Shown here in pieces: positions 1 to 13,640 of a stretch of DNA of 56,708 nucleotides. Position 1 is the stretch's first letter. Each line of letters begins with the position of its first letter. Source of the stretch: Tubiluchus corallicola (Eukaryota; Animalia; Priapulida); the NCBI GenBank assembly GCA_030141605.1, contig JAQGDQ010001187.1, positions 1-56,708 of the forward strand. Direction: 5' to 3'. The notes under the pieces are model-generated. The model made no database searches, was not told the DNA's origin, and saw only the letters and a program-made list of their open reading frames with translations. The position numbers were made by a program, and so were the translations under genes.

Positions 1-427
1 ACGAGCGTGTTGCACGTGTTTGAGAAAGCAAAAATTGAAGTACAGTGCTACTGTAAGATATTCAGTATGTTGTACTAAAACTAGGCAAGTTTCAATATAA
101 AAATTTAAATTTCAAATTTACTGCTGTGCTCACGCATGAGCTGTAGAATGTGTGTAGCTCGTCACAAACGAACAGATATGAACTGAGAGGTACAGCGCCT
201 ATTTTTTGACAATGCGTCTCCGAAATGCAGCTTTGCTAGTGCCCATAACTAGCGAATGGCGAAATGCATGTAACAGCGAAGAACTAGTGGCGCGAACGTG
301 AAACTGTGTTTGTGTGGAAATAATTCTTTCATGTAAGTTATTTTTGAAGAAATAGCACGTTTCCTTTCCATATTTTAAAGAGTAGATTGTTTTGATCTAC
401 AGTTTAAGATTGGGTTCGGTTTTAGTG
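1..427 (+). mobile_element. Kolobok-like non-autonomous element, family B, copy 1 (cut by window start)
   Basis: Colinear similarity to 40097-40521 (acgagcgtgtt..., aaagagtagattgttttga..., gattgggt) and, inverted, to 42983-43400. Confidence 0.75.
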
Positions 428-742
428 CCATTATAATCGCTTCAACTATGAAACGGAGAGGCAAATATCAGCTAGCAATTTTGCAATTATAACTTCGAAC
501 ACTTCAATACGATTGCGACCCATTTAGTGCCCATAAAACTTACGCGGTTTGAATAAATTTGTTTGATCGATAAACATTTTGCTTTTACGTGTTTCAGTTT
601 TGAAAGCTTTCAAAGGATACTAGACGCTACGATGCAATTTACGTGTACGCGGTAAATTAAATTCGAGCTTTCTTACTTTTTCACTGGAAATATGCAGTGA
701 TTGCAGTAAAGAAGGCTCTAAACAAACCACTCTGATTCTACT

Positions 743-1246
<504 letters not shown>

Positions 1247-1769
1247 AAATTAGACAAAATTGTAATGTAGAGCGTGATGACTAAATGAGACATGCGTATT
1301 GCAATAAGGTTATAAATGATAAACCTAATTTAAATTTTCAAAGAGCAAGTCTCTAATGAATGCAGTCTTTCAATTATTTGAAGGAATATGCGTCTTTATA
1401 TCCATATTTCTTAGTAATGAATTCAGCATCTCCAAGCTAATGTAAGCTTGTAAGATCACGTGACCATCTATAGGATAGGTACGAGTTTGTTAGACTTTGT
1501 TAAACTGCTAAATCCTTTTAAAAGTAGGCAAACCATATAAGTATATATATGATAATATTATGATACGTTAAATATGTCTGAGTTCACGTATTATAATTGA
1601 TAATGCTGACTGTAATAATTTATAAAACTGAATGCAACATCCTGTTGTCACTGTATGTAAATGAAATTTTGTGGAAACTATTTTTTGTACTTCGAATATT
1701 TTTTTTATGAACTGATTCTGCTGTGGGCGTTTCCTTGATTGTATGTTTATATCAGCAATTAATTTAGCT

Positions 1770-2312
<543 letters not shown>

Positions 2313-3089
2313 TAGAGTGACAAAGTTAGAAAAACAGCGTTTATCGAGTGTGCATACGAGAAAAAAATTGTGTCATGCAAGTTGTTGCACACAGATTTTG
2401 CTTCGCGTGTGCGCAGATTTATATTGGTTATTCATGGAGATTACGATAAGAAAGTTCTTAAAGTACTTTTTGTAGTTGTCTGTAGATGGCGCTGTTTTTA
2501 TAATGTCGCGGACGAATGTGTAAAATTGTCTCTTTGTTGTCAGCGAAAGTAATGCATGAAGCATTTTCTTCTTCCAGGAATGATGACGAATCTCTGAGCT
2601 TTACTGATTCGCATGCTGATCAGGTTTCAGCCATTAGGTTCAATCGTAAAATTCTTTTTCTTCTAATATACAATTTCCGTAATATAGCTACATCAGCGCC
2701 ATTTTTAGCAGTAATGATGAAAAACTATCTTCTCCACCCGGAGGTGTACAAACCAACGACGAGAAAATGATGAAATTTTACTAGACTTCAAAGAAATGGA
2801 AAATGAGATGAAGGTCTGACGCAGGCTGTAATCTATGGACTGTCACAGACTGCGGTGCGTTCCTTCAAACGGAATTTCATCATCATTTTGCTTTTAATTT
2901 AGTTGGTTAGCTTTAAACACCGGAAATGATGTGTTTTAATTGCGTTTTACCCACCAATTTCCATTTTATAATCACGTGAGTGGCGGAAGTGCACTCGTTT
3001 GTAGAAAATCCTGTTCAAGAGATTACAAAGAAGCCAAATGTTTAAAGAATTAATTAGCTAATGATACTTGGGAGCAGATAGCAAGGACT

Positions 3090-3243
3090 GACTGAGAGGG
3101 AGAGGGAGAGGGAGAGAGAGGGGAGAGAGACAGAGCAGAGAGAGAAAGTGCGAGAGAGAGAGAGGAGAGAGAGAGAGAGAGCGAGAGAGAGGGGGGAGAG
3201 AGGGAGTGAGAGGAAAAGAGAGAGAGTGCTAGAGAAAGAGTGC

Positions 3244-3277
<34 letters not shown>

Positions 3278-3315
3278 AGCGAGAGGAAAAGAGAAAGAGG
3301 GGGGAGAGAGAGGAG

Positions 3316-3354
<39 letters not shown>

Positions 3355-3485
3355 AGAGAGAGGAAAAGAGAGAGAGTGCTAGAGAAAGAGTGCTAGAGAG
3401 AGAGAGAGAGAGAGGGGGGCGAAAGGAAAAGAGAGGGGGGAGAGAGTGGGTGGGAGAGAGGAGAGAGAGAGAGAGGAGAGAGGAG

Positions 3486-3547
<62 letters not shown>

Positions 3548-3572
3548 ACAGAAAGAGAACACAGAGAGAGAA
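3090..3572. repeat. Degenerate (GA)n purine tract
   Basis: GA-rich tract with an internal ~150-bp duplication (ggaaaagagagagagtgctagagaaagagtgctag near 3212 and 3362). Confidence 0.9.
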
Positions 3573-3645
3573 GCGTGAGGTTTGCCCATTCTTTCGTTCA
3601 ATCACTCATTTGAATATTCTACCAGTTATCCATCCATTTAATTGC

Positions 3646-4140
3646 GCATTCATTCATTCGTTCGTTCGTTCGTTTGTTCATTCGTTCATTCATTCATTCA
3701 CTCATTCATTCATACATTCGTTCATTCATTCCCCAATCATTCATTTATTTATTCATTCATTCATGCATTCGTACATACATCATTCATTCATTTATTTATG
3801 CATTCATTCGTTCATTCATTCATTCACTCATTCATTCATACATTCGTTCATTCATTCCCCAATCATTCATTTATTTATTCATTCATTCATGCATTCGTAC
3901 ATACATACATACATTCATTCATTCATTCATTTATTTATTCATTCATTCATTCATTCATTCATTCATTCAATCCCTCATTCATTCATTCATTAATTTTTTC
4001 ATTCGTTCACTCACTTAATCATTCATTCAATCACTCACTTAATCATTCATTCATTCACTCATTAATTAATTCATTCATTCATTCATTCATTCATTCATTC
4101 ACTCACTCACTCACTCACTCATTCATTCATTCATTCATTC
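3646..4140. repeat. Degenerate (TTCA)n microsatellite
   Basis: Visible TTCA units with an internal ~124-bp duplication. Confidence 0.93.
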
Positions 4141-5310
4141 CTATAAGGAACCATTACCTATTAAATGAAGCAGTTGTCTGAGTCAAAGTTTTCTCTGTAT
4201 AAAGTACGTCTTGATAATAAAAGCAATAAAAGCCTGTCTTGAGTAAATTATGCACGTAGTTAGATGATAACACTCCATAGTTAACGTGATCTAAACATTG
4301 TGACAAAGTCGTAAAAAATCTGAAGCCACGGGAGTTTTAAGCAGCTTTAAACATTTTGCTCATTAATATGAAAACGTGACTTCTCACATAAATTATTGTT
4401 TGTTTGTGTGGAGACAAAAATATCCTAAAATTAAATAACATTAAAAACTCGTTTATTTCAGTGATACATGTTTTCGTTTCTGAACTAGATCACTCTAATC
4501 ACGTAAATCATTAATCAGCTAATCAATTAATTGTTAATAAATTAACATGTGAGTATTTTAGTCCCAATGTTTTAGTTGAAATACAAGTATATAATATTTT
4601 AATATTAACTAACAACAATTCTACATTAATGGGCTTAATACTTTTCGTATTTTCCAAAGTTATTATTTCGTAGTACGAATACTCATTTCTGCATGCTGGA
4701 GTAAACGCAAGACAATGCAGCTGGTGAAAATATCCCCCTTGTTTGGCCTACATATCGATCAGCACAAGTGGCGAAGTAAATCAATTGAGTATTATTGCAC
4801 GATTACGTTGGCTTATTACAGGACTAAGCTAGCTTTAGCTCGAGCTGAGTTGTCGGTAGCTAAATTGTTATTAGATTCTTCATTCGTTTTATAGTTTCCT
4901 TATCAAGTTTAGACAGACTTTGCTCGTCCGGCTCGAGCAAAATACTCTCATTTTTAGGTGTTTAGCACAAGTTAGACTGCCAACTGATAAGTAGATCGAC
5001 TTATACCATCTTTAGTAATTTGTACACTTACAAATGGTTTTCATAAACAAAAACTTGGCTTCAGTCTGAGAACCCTTTTGTATGTTGTACAGGTATAATT
5101 ACGTACTGCCATCTTACGGTTTACTTTGAAGAAGGTCCTCACAGTGTAATATTAAGAGAAAACATTAGAATAATAAATAAAGTCTTTTCTCTATATTCCC
5201 TGGGGTTTCTTTCATTTTCCTTGTTTTTTAAAGTTTCGTATATTTTTGAACGCGTTTTTCTTTTTGTTGCTTAAAAATTCCCACTTTTTTCTGCCTTCCC
5301 AATCCTTTAA

Positions 5311-7444
5311 AGGAAAAGTCAACTCTTCCAGGAGGTCAGGCGTCTTTCAATTTTCACCAAAAATGTTTGGAGGATTTAGTAATACAATTTCAATAAGCGC
5401 CTCGTGTAACTAGTAAAATCACTTTAAAGTCGCGATCACTTCATGCTTGGACACTCCCATTTTCACTGCCCATTCTTCCACCAATGACGTCATTCGTCTT
5501 AAAGAAAAGTAGCGCACTGTCAGTCATCATCAAAAGTAAAATAAGCTTTTACAAGAAATAGATAGCTAATTTTCTAACATTTTTTGTGAACATTAGGTAA
5601 GCTGCAAAAGTTTGAATTAGTTTAAGCAACGCGCGCTTACGGAAAGCCACGACGCGCTCACGAAAAGTCACGAAGCCTCCCAGTTACGTCATAAGTTTTA
5701 AATCAATACCGACAACCACCACGCCTGAAAACTTCTATTCAGAGATAGTATATTTTAAATTTATATTTTATAGGTAGCTCTCTGTAAATTTGTTTGTTAT
5801 ATTTTTCTAAGTTTAAGTGATAACAGAAAAATAAACCCATCATACTGAGTGACTTGTTCTTTCCTTTAGCACACCACAAGCAGTTTAAGCGATAACAGTA
5901 AAATAAACCCATCATACTGAGTGACTTGTTCTTTCCTTTAGCACACCACAAGCAGTTTAAGCGATAACAGTAAAACAAACCCAACATGCTGAGTGACTTG
6001 TTCTTTCCTTTAGCACACTACAAGCAGTTTAAGTGATAACAGTAAAATGAACCCATCATACTGCGTGACTTGTTCTTTCCTTTAGCACGCCACAAGCAGT
6101 TTAAGTGATAACAGTAAAATAGTCCCATCATACTGAGTGGTTTGTTCTTTCCTTTAGCACACCACAAGCAGTTTAAGTGATAACAGTAAAATAAACCCAT
6201 CATACTGAGTGACTTGTTCTGTCCTTTAGCACACCACAAGCAGTTTAAGTGATAACAGGAAAATAAACCCAACATGCTGAGTGACTTGTTATTTCCTTTA
6301 GCACACCACAAACAGTTTAAGTAATAACAGTAAAATAAACCCAACGTACCGAGTGACTTGTTCTTTCCTTTAGCACACCACAAGCAGTTTAAGTGATAAC
6401 AGTAAAATAAACCCAACATACGGAGTGACCTGTTCTTTCCTTTAGCACACCATAAGCAGTCTAAGTGATAATAGTAAAATAAACCCATCATACTAAGTGA
6501 CTTGTTCTTTCCTTTAGCACACCACAAACAGTTTAAGTGATAACAGTAAAATAAACCCATCATACTGAGTGACTTGTTCTTTCCTTTAGCACACCACAAA
6601 CAGTTTAAGTGATAACAGTAAAATAAACCCAACATACTAAGTGACTTGTTCTTTCCTTTAGCACACCACAAACAGTTTAAGTGATAACAGTAAAATAAAC
6701 CCAACATACTGAGTGACTTGTTCTTTCCTTTAGCACACCACAAACAGTTTAAGTGATAACAGTAAAATAAACCCAACATACTAAGTGACTTGTTCTTTCC
6801 TTTAGCACACCACAAACAGTTTAAGTGATAACAGTAAAATAAACCCATCATACTGAGTGACTTGTTCTTTCCTTTAGCACACCACAAACAGTTTAAGTGA
6901 TAACAGTAAAATAAACCCATCATACTAAGTGACTTGTTCTTTCCTTTAGCACACCACAAACAGTTTAAGTGATAATAGTAAAATAAACCCATCGTACTAA
7001 GTGACTTGTTCTTTCCTTTAGCACACCACAAACAGTTTAAGTGATAACAGTAAAATAAACCAATCATACTGCGTGACTTGTTCTTTCCTTTAGCACACCA
7101 CAAGCAGTTTAAGTGATAACAGTAAAATAAACCCATCATACTAAGTGACTTGTTCTTTCCTTTAGCACACCACAAGCAGTTTAAGTGATAACAGTAAAAT
7201 AAACCCAACATACTGACTGACTTGTTCTTTCCTTTAGCACACCACAAGCAGTTTAAGTGATAACAGTAAAATAAACCCATCATACTGAGTGACTTGTTCT
7301 TTCCTTTAGCACACCACAAGCAGTTTAAGTGATAACAGTAAAATAAACCCATCATACTGAGTGACTTGTTCTTTCCTTTAGCACACCACAAGCAGTTTAA
7401 GTGATAACAGTTAAATAAACCCATCATACTGAGTGTTCATTCCT
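5311..7444 (+). mobile_element. Kolobok-like non-autonomous element, family A, copy 1, carrying a 72-bp terminal array
   Basis: Bounded TTAA|AGGAAAAGTCAACTC ... GAGTGTTCATTCCT|TTAA. The ~500-bp body matches 48537-49040. Confidence 0.8.
5810..7435. repeat. 72-bp minisatellite, ~22 copies
   Basis: Unit gtttaagtgataacagtaaaataaacccatcatactgagtgacttgttctttcctttagcacaccacaagca. The ORF track shows the matching 24-aa periodicity. Confidence 0.97.
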
Positions 7445-8891
7445 TTAATCAGTTGGGAAGTTTTTTTCCCAGAATCCCCCGGGTAAATCATCCTTGCCTT
7501 ATTTCGGCAACATGTTTACTTCTTTGCTGGTCTTGTGAGGTTCAGCTTGAGTTCAGTGTAAACTCTACAATATTGCTGTAATAATCCCGTGGATTTTCAC
7601 CAGCTTAACACAATAAAGGCGAATTCCACGCTGCGACGTTGTAACAATTTCTTATCGTCTAGTAATTAGACTTGCAATTACAGACCCATCCTCGTTAGAA
7701 ATGCCAAAAGCTCCCCACCGAAGAAAAATTGTGGCCAATTGAGCCCTTTGTCGTTAAAATTGACAACGTTGTTACGATAAAGGCTCAACGCAAACGGCAA
7801 ATCCGGGTCAAGTTCGCTTCAATTGTTTCTTTGAGCGATAGGCCTAGCTGACCATTTTACAAATGATGTGAAAAAGTTCAATAAAATTACACATTTTACC
7901 TGAGTTTTGAATACTGGTCAAAATTAACGTACGCAACTTTTTGATTAATATGCATATACTGCAGGCAAACTCAGACGTCTGTAACGCATCTATGGTACCA
8001 TCCAATTGAAATTGGTGAGGTTCCGGGTTCAATTCCGGAATAAAATTTATTTTTTTTTGTAGATCAACCCGTTTTCCAGGCCGCAAACCGTTGAAGACAT
8101 TAATCAAGTTAACTTGTTATCTATGGATATTATAGCTTTGAGCCTTGCAACTAAACCAGTTCCAAATAGTAGCACCTCCATCATAGAACCGGTTCGTCAA
8201 AGAATGAGTCAAGAAAAAATCAAAAATTTCTTCATACGGGCATACAGATAAGCAAATAAGCAAATTTCGTTTCCTAAATGCAGACAGCTTTACTGTAGTT
8301 TTTCTGTCGGGTTTCTTAACTGTGGAATTTTCTATCAAAAATTATTTTCCTAAACTACAACATCAATCGATTCAAGAAAAATATTACTAGAAAATTTGTT
8401 ATGCGAATTCGAATTTGTTATATCTGCTGACTCGTTCTCGCATTTTCATTTTTCAACCTTCGACTGTTGACTGTTTGTGGACTTGTTTGTGGGGGGGGGG
8501 TCAATTTAAAAATAATAATTTTATTATTGTAGCTTTACAGGCCAAATATTTCGTTCTTTCTATACAGCAGTCTAAATATCAATAGGTTAGCTGAACTACA
8601 CGACCTTAAATGCACAATAACTAATTGCTTATCTAAATAACTACTCCGATGAAATTTTCGGCTTCCATAGAATTTCCTGTACGATAACCTAGATTAATCA
8701 AGGTGTATTTACTATTCAGAGCAATACTAGTGGCTGTAAAGATTGCAACGCCTTCACTCAATGACAACTTAGTCAAACCTCAATTATTGTAAGAACAATG
8801 TTGGTTTTATTTTTGACAACTTAAGAATAATGATAAACAATTAAAATGTCTGCCAGCACAACAACTCGAATGTAGGAAAGATTGGTACAAG

Positions 8892-10008
8892 TACAGGCAA
8901 GTTTGGTGCAGGTAAAATAGCTACGCCGTACTGGCAAACTTTGGTACAGGTAAAATAGCTACGCCGTACTGGCAAAATTTTGTACAGGTAAAATAGCTAC
9001 GCCGTACTGGCAAAATTTTGTACAGGTAAAATAGCTACGCCGTACTGGCAAAATTTGGTACAGGTAAAATAGCTACGCCGTACTGGCAAAATTTTGTACA
9101 GGTAAAATAGCTACGCCGTACTGGCAAAATTTGGTACAGGTAAAATACCTACGCCGTACTGGCAAAATCTGGTACAGGTAACATAGCTACGCCGTACTGG
9201 CAAAATTTGGTGCAGGTAAAATAGCTACGCCGTACTGGCAAAATTTGGTACAGGTAAAATAGCTACGCCGTGCTGGCAAAATTTGGTACAGGTAACATAG
9301 CTACGCCGTACTGGCAAAATTTGGTGCAGGTAAAATAGCTACGCCGTACTGGCAAAATTTGGTGCAGGTAAAATAGCTACGCCGTACTGGCAAAATTTGG
9401 TACAGGTAAAATAGCTACGCCGTGCTGGCAAAATTTGGTACAGGTAACATAGCTACGCCGTACTGGCAAAATTTGGTACAGGTAAAATAGCTACGCCGTA
9501 CTGGCAAAATTTGGTGCAGGTAAAATAGCTACGCCGTACTGGCAAAATTTGGTGCAGGTAAAATAGCTACGCCGTACTGGCAAAATTTGGTACAGGTAAA
9601 ATAGCTACGCCGTGCTGGCAAAATTTGGTACAGGTAAAATAGCTACGCCGTACTGGCAAAATTTGGTACAGGTAACATAGCTACGCCGTACTGGCAAAAT
9701 TTGGTACAGGTAACATAGCTACGCCGTACTGGCAAAATTTGGTACAGGTAAAATAGCTACGCCGTACTGGCAAAATTTGGTACAGGTAAAATAGCTACGC
9801 CGTACTGGCAAAATTTGGTACAGGTAACATAGCTACGCCGTACTGGCAAAATTTGGTACAGGTAACATAGCTACGCCGTACTGGCAAAATTTGGTACAGG
9901 TAAAATAGCTACGCCGTGCTGGCAAACTTTGGTACAGGTAAAATAGCTACGCCGTACTGGCAAAATTTGGTACAGGTAAAATAGGTATGCTGTACTGGCA
10001 AAATTTTG
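8892..10008. repeat. 38-bp minisatellite, ~29 copies
   Basis: Unit ggtaaaatagctacgccgtactggcaaaatttggtaca. Confidence 0.97.
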
Positions 10009-10337
10009 TGCTAGGAATTTTTAGTACACGATACAGGTTAATTTAGTACTATGATTTTTAGGTACAAGGAAATTTTGGTAGTAGGAAAATATGGTACGCG
10101 GAAAATTTCGTACTAAACCAAAAAGAGACCATTTCCATATCCCAGTACGAAATAATTGTTTCAACTGGAAAACCGGGAAGTTTATCCAGCAGGGATGAAA
10201 CGCTCTGCTAGGAAAAAAACAGGATGGTTCATTAAAAAGTTCATAAAGTATCATAATTAATAGTGCGTGGCACCTATAAGTATTTTGCATAAAGTCAGAA
10301 AATGAATTTAAATTAATGTAATTATCAAAAGTGCCGC

Positions 10338-10530
10338 AAACAACAACAACAGCAGCAGCAGCAGTGACGACGACATCAACAATAACAATGTCAACAAAAG
10401 CAACAGCAAAAAACAACAGCAATAACAACAGTGACAGCAACAGTAACAAAACGACAAAAGTAGCAATGATGACAGCAATAATGATGATGGCGATGATGAT
10501 GATGATGTTGATGACGACGACGACGACGAC

Positions 10531-10571
<41 letters not shown>

Positions 10572-10710
10572 CGATGATGATAACGGTGATGGCGATCCTA
10601 GTAATGACAACAAAAGAGCGAGCAAGAAACAGAGAAACATCTATAACAACAATGACAAATAACAAACGACAGACAAACTAATAAACGAACAAAGAAACAA
10701 ATAAAAACAA
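10338..10710. repeat. Compound trinucleotide/low-complexity tract (CAA/CAG/GAC/GAT)n
   Basis: Visible runs, with a (GAT)n core at ~10480-10580. Confidence 0.9.
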
Positions 10711-11012
10711 ATGAGCATCTATAACTAGTTCGAGTAGGTTATATAAAATATATTTTCATAGTGCGAAACTTTCCTTGTATCATACTTTCTCTGTACCAAA
10801 TTTTCTTAGTACCAAACTTTCCCAGTGCTAAATTTTCGTAGTAATAAAACTTGTTCCGTACCATTTTTTATCATACGTTCCGTATCATATTTAGTTGTAC
10901 CAAAAATGCTTGACAAAACTTGTATCTACCAGTGCCATGTTTGATCTGTACCAAATTTTCCCAGTACGAAAATTTCCATGTACCAAAAATTCCTAATAAC
11001 ATATTTACCATG

Positions 11013-11520
11013 ACCAAACTTACCTCTACGAACCTTACTACAGTAGTACCAAACTTTCCTCTACGCACCTTACTACAGTAGTACCAAACTTTCCTCTACG
11101 AACCTTACTACAGTAGTACCAAACTTACCTCTACCCTCTACGAACCTTACTACAGTAGTACCAAACTTACCTCTACGAACCTTACTACAGTAGTACCAAA
11201 CTTACCTCTACGAACCTTACTGCAGTAGTACCAAACTTACCTCTACGAACCTTACTGCTGTAGTACCAAACCTACCGCTACAAACCTTACTACAGTAGTA
11301 CCAAACTTACCTCTACGAACCTTACTACAGTAGTACCAAACTTACCTCTACGAACCTTACTACAGTAGTACCACACTTACCTCTACGAACCTTACTACAG
11401 TAGTACCAAACTTACCTCTACGAACCTTACTACAGTAGTACCAAGCTTACCTCTACGAACCTTACTACGGTAGTACCAAACTTACCTCTACGTACCTTAC
11501 TACAGTAGTACCAAACTTAC
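11013..11520. repeat. 35-bp minisatellite, ~14 copies
   Basis: Unit gtaccaaacttacctctacgaaccttactacagta. Confidence 0.96.
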
Positions 11521-11774
11521 CGCGCAGCCCAAAACTCGCACCATTTCCATAAAGTACTTTAAAGCAGCCCAGTGTGCACGTGTTTTGCGAAGAATCATGT
11601 CAAGTACGTGATTGCCATGCCAACTTTCTTTTCGTTAAAGTAAAACCGGACGATTGTTCAGACTCCGTTTTATTTTAATTTACTATGCAAAATATACATT
11701 TTCCTGCCATATAAAAGTTAATAATTGTTTCCTATATTTGAATAATTAGCTTAGAAAGTTAATTAATGGCAACC

Positions 11775-12094
11775 GAATACAGCTATTGCTTACGTCAGAA
11801 ACTAACCACAGTTTGTGCAATGGCAGGCATCTTCCCTTGCGCGTCAAGCACGTTTGCGTAACTGTTACAGTACTGCTTAAACGCATGATGTCACGAAAAA
11901 TGGGCTTTACATCATATGACGTCTGAAACTAACACTGCAGTTCATGATCATGGTTATCACGGTACCGCCTTCTATTTGTCGGCCACGCGAATGTGACAAA
12001 AAGGTGCCGCTGCCAATCTTAGTAGATTCACTGAGCCGCGCGTAGCTTTGAAAGTTTAACGAAATTTGAGTATCCGAGGTAATTATTATTTAAT
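11775..12094 (+). mobile_element. Dispersed repeat family D, copy 1
   Basis: ~320-bp colinear match to 35362-35679 (cagctattgcttacgtcagaaactaaccacag ... gaggtaattattatttaat). Confidence 0.75.
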
Positions 12095-12522
12095 CTGAGC
12101 TCTGATTTAAAAAAAGCTGTTGTAGTTTTCAATATTTTAGAGCATTCGTTATTCTGAACTAATGTCTACACAATCATCCAGTTTTCCTTCAAGTGATAAT
12201 TTCACTTAATATCATAAGTGACAATGTTAGAAACAAAAACAGCACACACACAGTGCTTCTCATTCTGTCTTTCAAATATAGCAACAGCTTTCCCTCTACA
12301 AGAAACCATATGTAACATTTTCATAAATGTTATAAAGAAAATAATCGTGAAAAAACTATTAGAATGGCGATAAATAATGTCTTGTCTTTTTTGGGTAAAA
12401 CATTATTGTAGAGTAAAATTTTAAATCTGTAAAATTAAGGAAAATTGTTCGGATTTTATACGCCATTTTTCGTAACCTTGGGCCTTTATCCATTTAAATG
12501 TTTAACTTTTTCAAATAAAGAC

Positions 12523-13049
12523 TTATTATTATTAATATTATTATTGTTGTTGTTGTTGTCGTTGTCGTTGTCGTAGTCGTAGTCGTAGTCGTAGTCGTAG
12601 TCGTAGTCGTAGTCGTAGTCGTAGTCGTAGTCGTAGTCGCAGTCGTAGTCGTTGTCTTTGTCGTTGTCACAGTCACTGTCACTGTCACTGTCATTGTCAT
12701 TGTGAATATCATTACCATTATCACTATTGTTGTTGTCGTTCTCGTTGTCGTGGTCGTCGTCGTCATCATCATCACCATCATCACCGTCATCACTATCATC
12801 ACCATCATCACCACCACCATCATCACCATCATCATCATCATCATCACCACCATCACCACCATCATCACCATCATTACCATCACCACCATCATCACGACCA
12901 TCACCATCATCACCACCATCATCACCATCACCACCATCACCACCATCATCACCATCATCACCATCATCATCACCATCATCACCATCATCATCACCATCAT
13001 CATCATCATTATTATTATCATTGTCATTATCATTATTATTATTATTATT
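12523..13049. repeat. Compound microsatellite (ATT)/(GTT)/(GTCGTA)n/(CAT,CAC)n
   Basis: Directly visible. Confidence 0.93.
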
Positions 13050-13640
13050 CTACAAGAAACACAAGAAAAGTCGAAATGATTATGCATGTTAACGGCCATC
13101 TTACAACAAAGCCAGTTATGCTCTCACTTATCTTTCCTCGGTGAGCAAACTTTTCCCAAAGGGAATGAAGTAAATTCCACTTTCTAAATTGAAATTGACA
13201 CAGTAGAAATAAACGAGCAGTAAGACTGGTCGCGTTCCATATTGCAAGCACATAAACGAACTGATGTATTTCAAACACTTCATATCTGCAGGATTGCAGA
13301 ATCTTCTGAATTTTTTCTCCCATGATTCCGCTCAGCTGAAACGAGCGATATAAAACGGAAACAGCAAGACTGTTACAGTAGCAGCGTCTCAGTGGTAAAA
13401 ACGATACGCAAGTTTTTCACAAATCTACGTTTTGATTGAAGATGTGTAGTCTGGTCTGTTGCTGGATTGACTGGATACAGCTGCCAAACTTTCAAGAATT
13501 GATTCTTTAGGACATTTTAATGGCGTTTTGGGCCTTTTTATAATAGTGAACGTTTTGGAATTACAAGCCTCCGAAGTGCAGGACCACTTCTTGACCTTTC
13601 AGTGTCCCGGGACAGTGGGCCAAAATAGATAAACGCAACA

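Larger units (their letters stand above)
8874..11530. mobile_element. Putative foldback-type element with inverted, motif-rich arms
   Basis: The left arm is rich in (AAAT)TTGGTAC motifs and the right arm in the complement GTACCAAA(CTT/ATTT). Imperfect end match: ggaaagattggtac vs the reverse complement of gtaccaaacttacc. No TSD was identified. Confidence 0.55.

Noticed and set aside
5739-7427. Long Cys/His-rich repetitive ORFs (469 aa here, 439 and 237 aa at 49-51 kb) resembling zinc-finger arrays
   Set aside because: They are read-through of a 72-bp unit (multiple of 3) derived from a TE end. There is no C2H2 spacing or linker and no unique coding flanks.
7985-8040. tRNA-like B-box (ggttcaattcc); similar fragments near 35707 and 44657
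   Set aside because: No complete cloverleaf or convincing A-box; at most degraded SINE fragments.
8892-10008. 35-39-bp repeat arrays as CRISPR arrays (also 11013, 33572, 36580)
   Set aside because: Units are head-to-tail with no unique spacers, no cas genes are present, and the context is eukaryotic.
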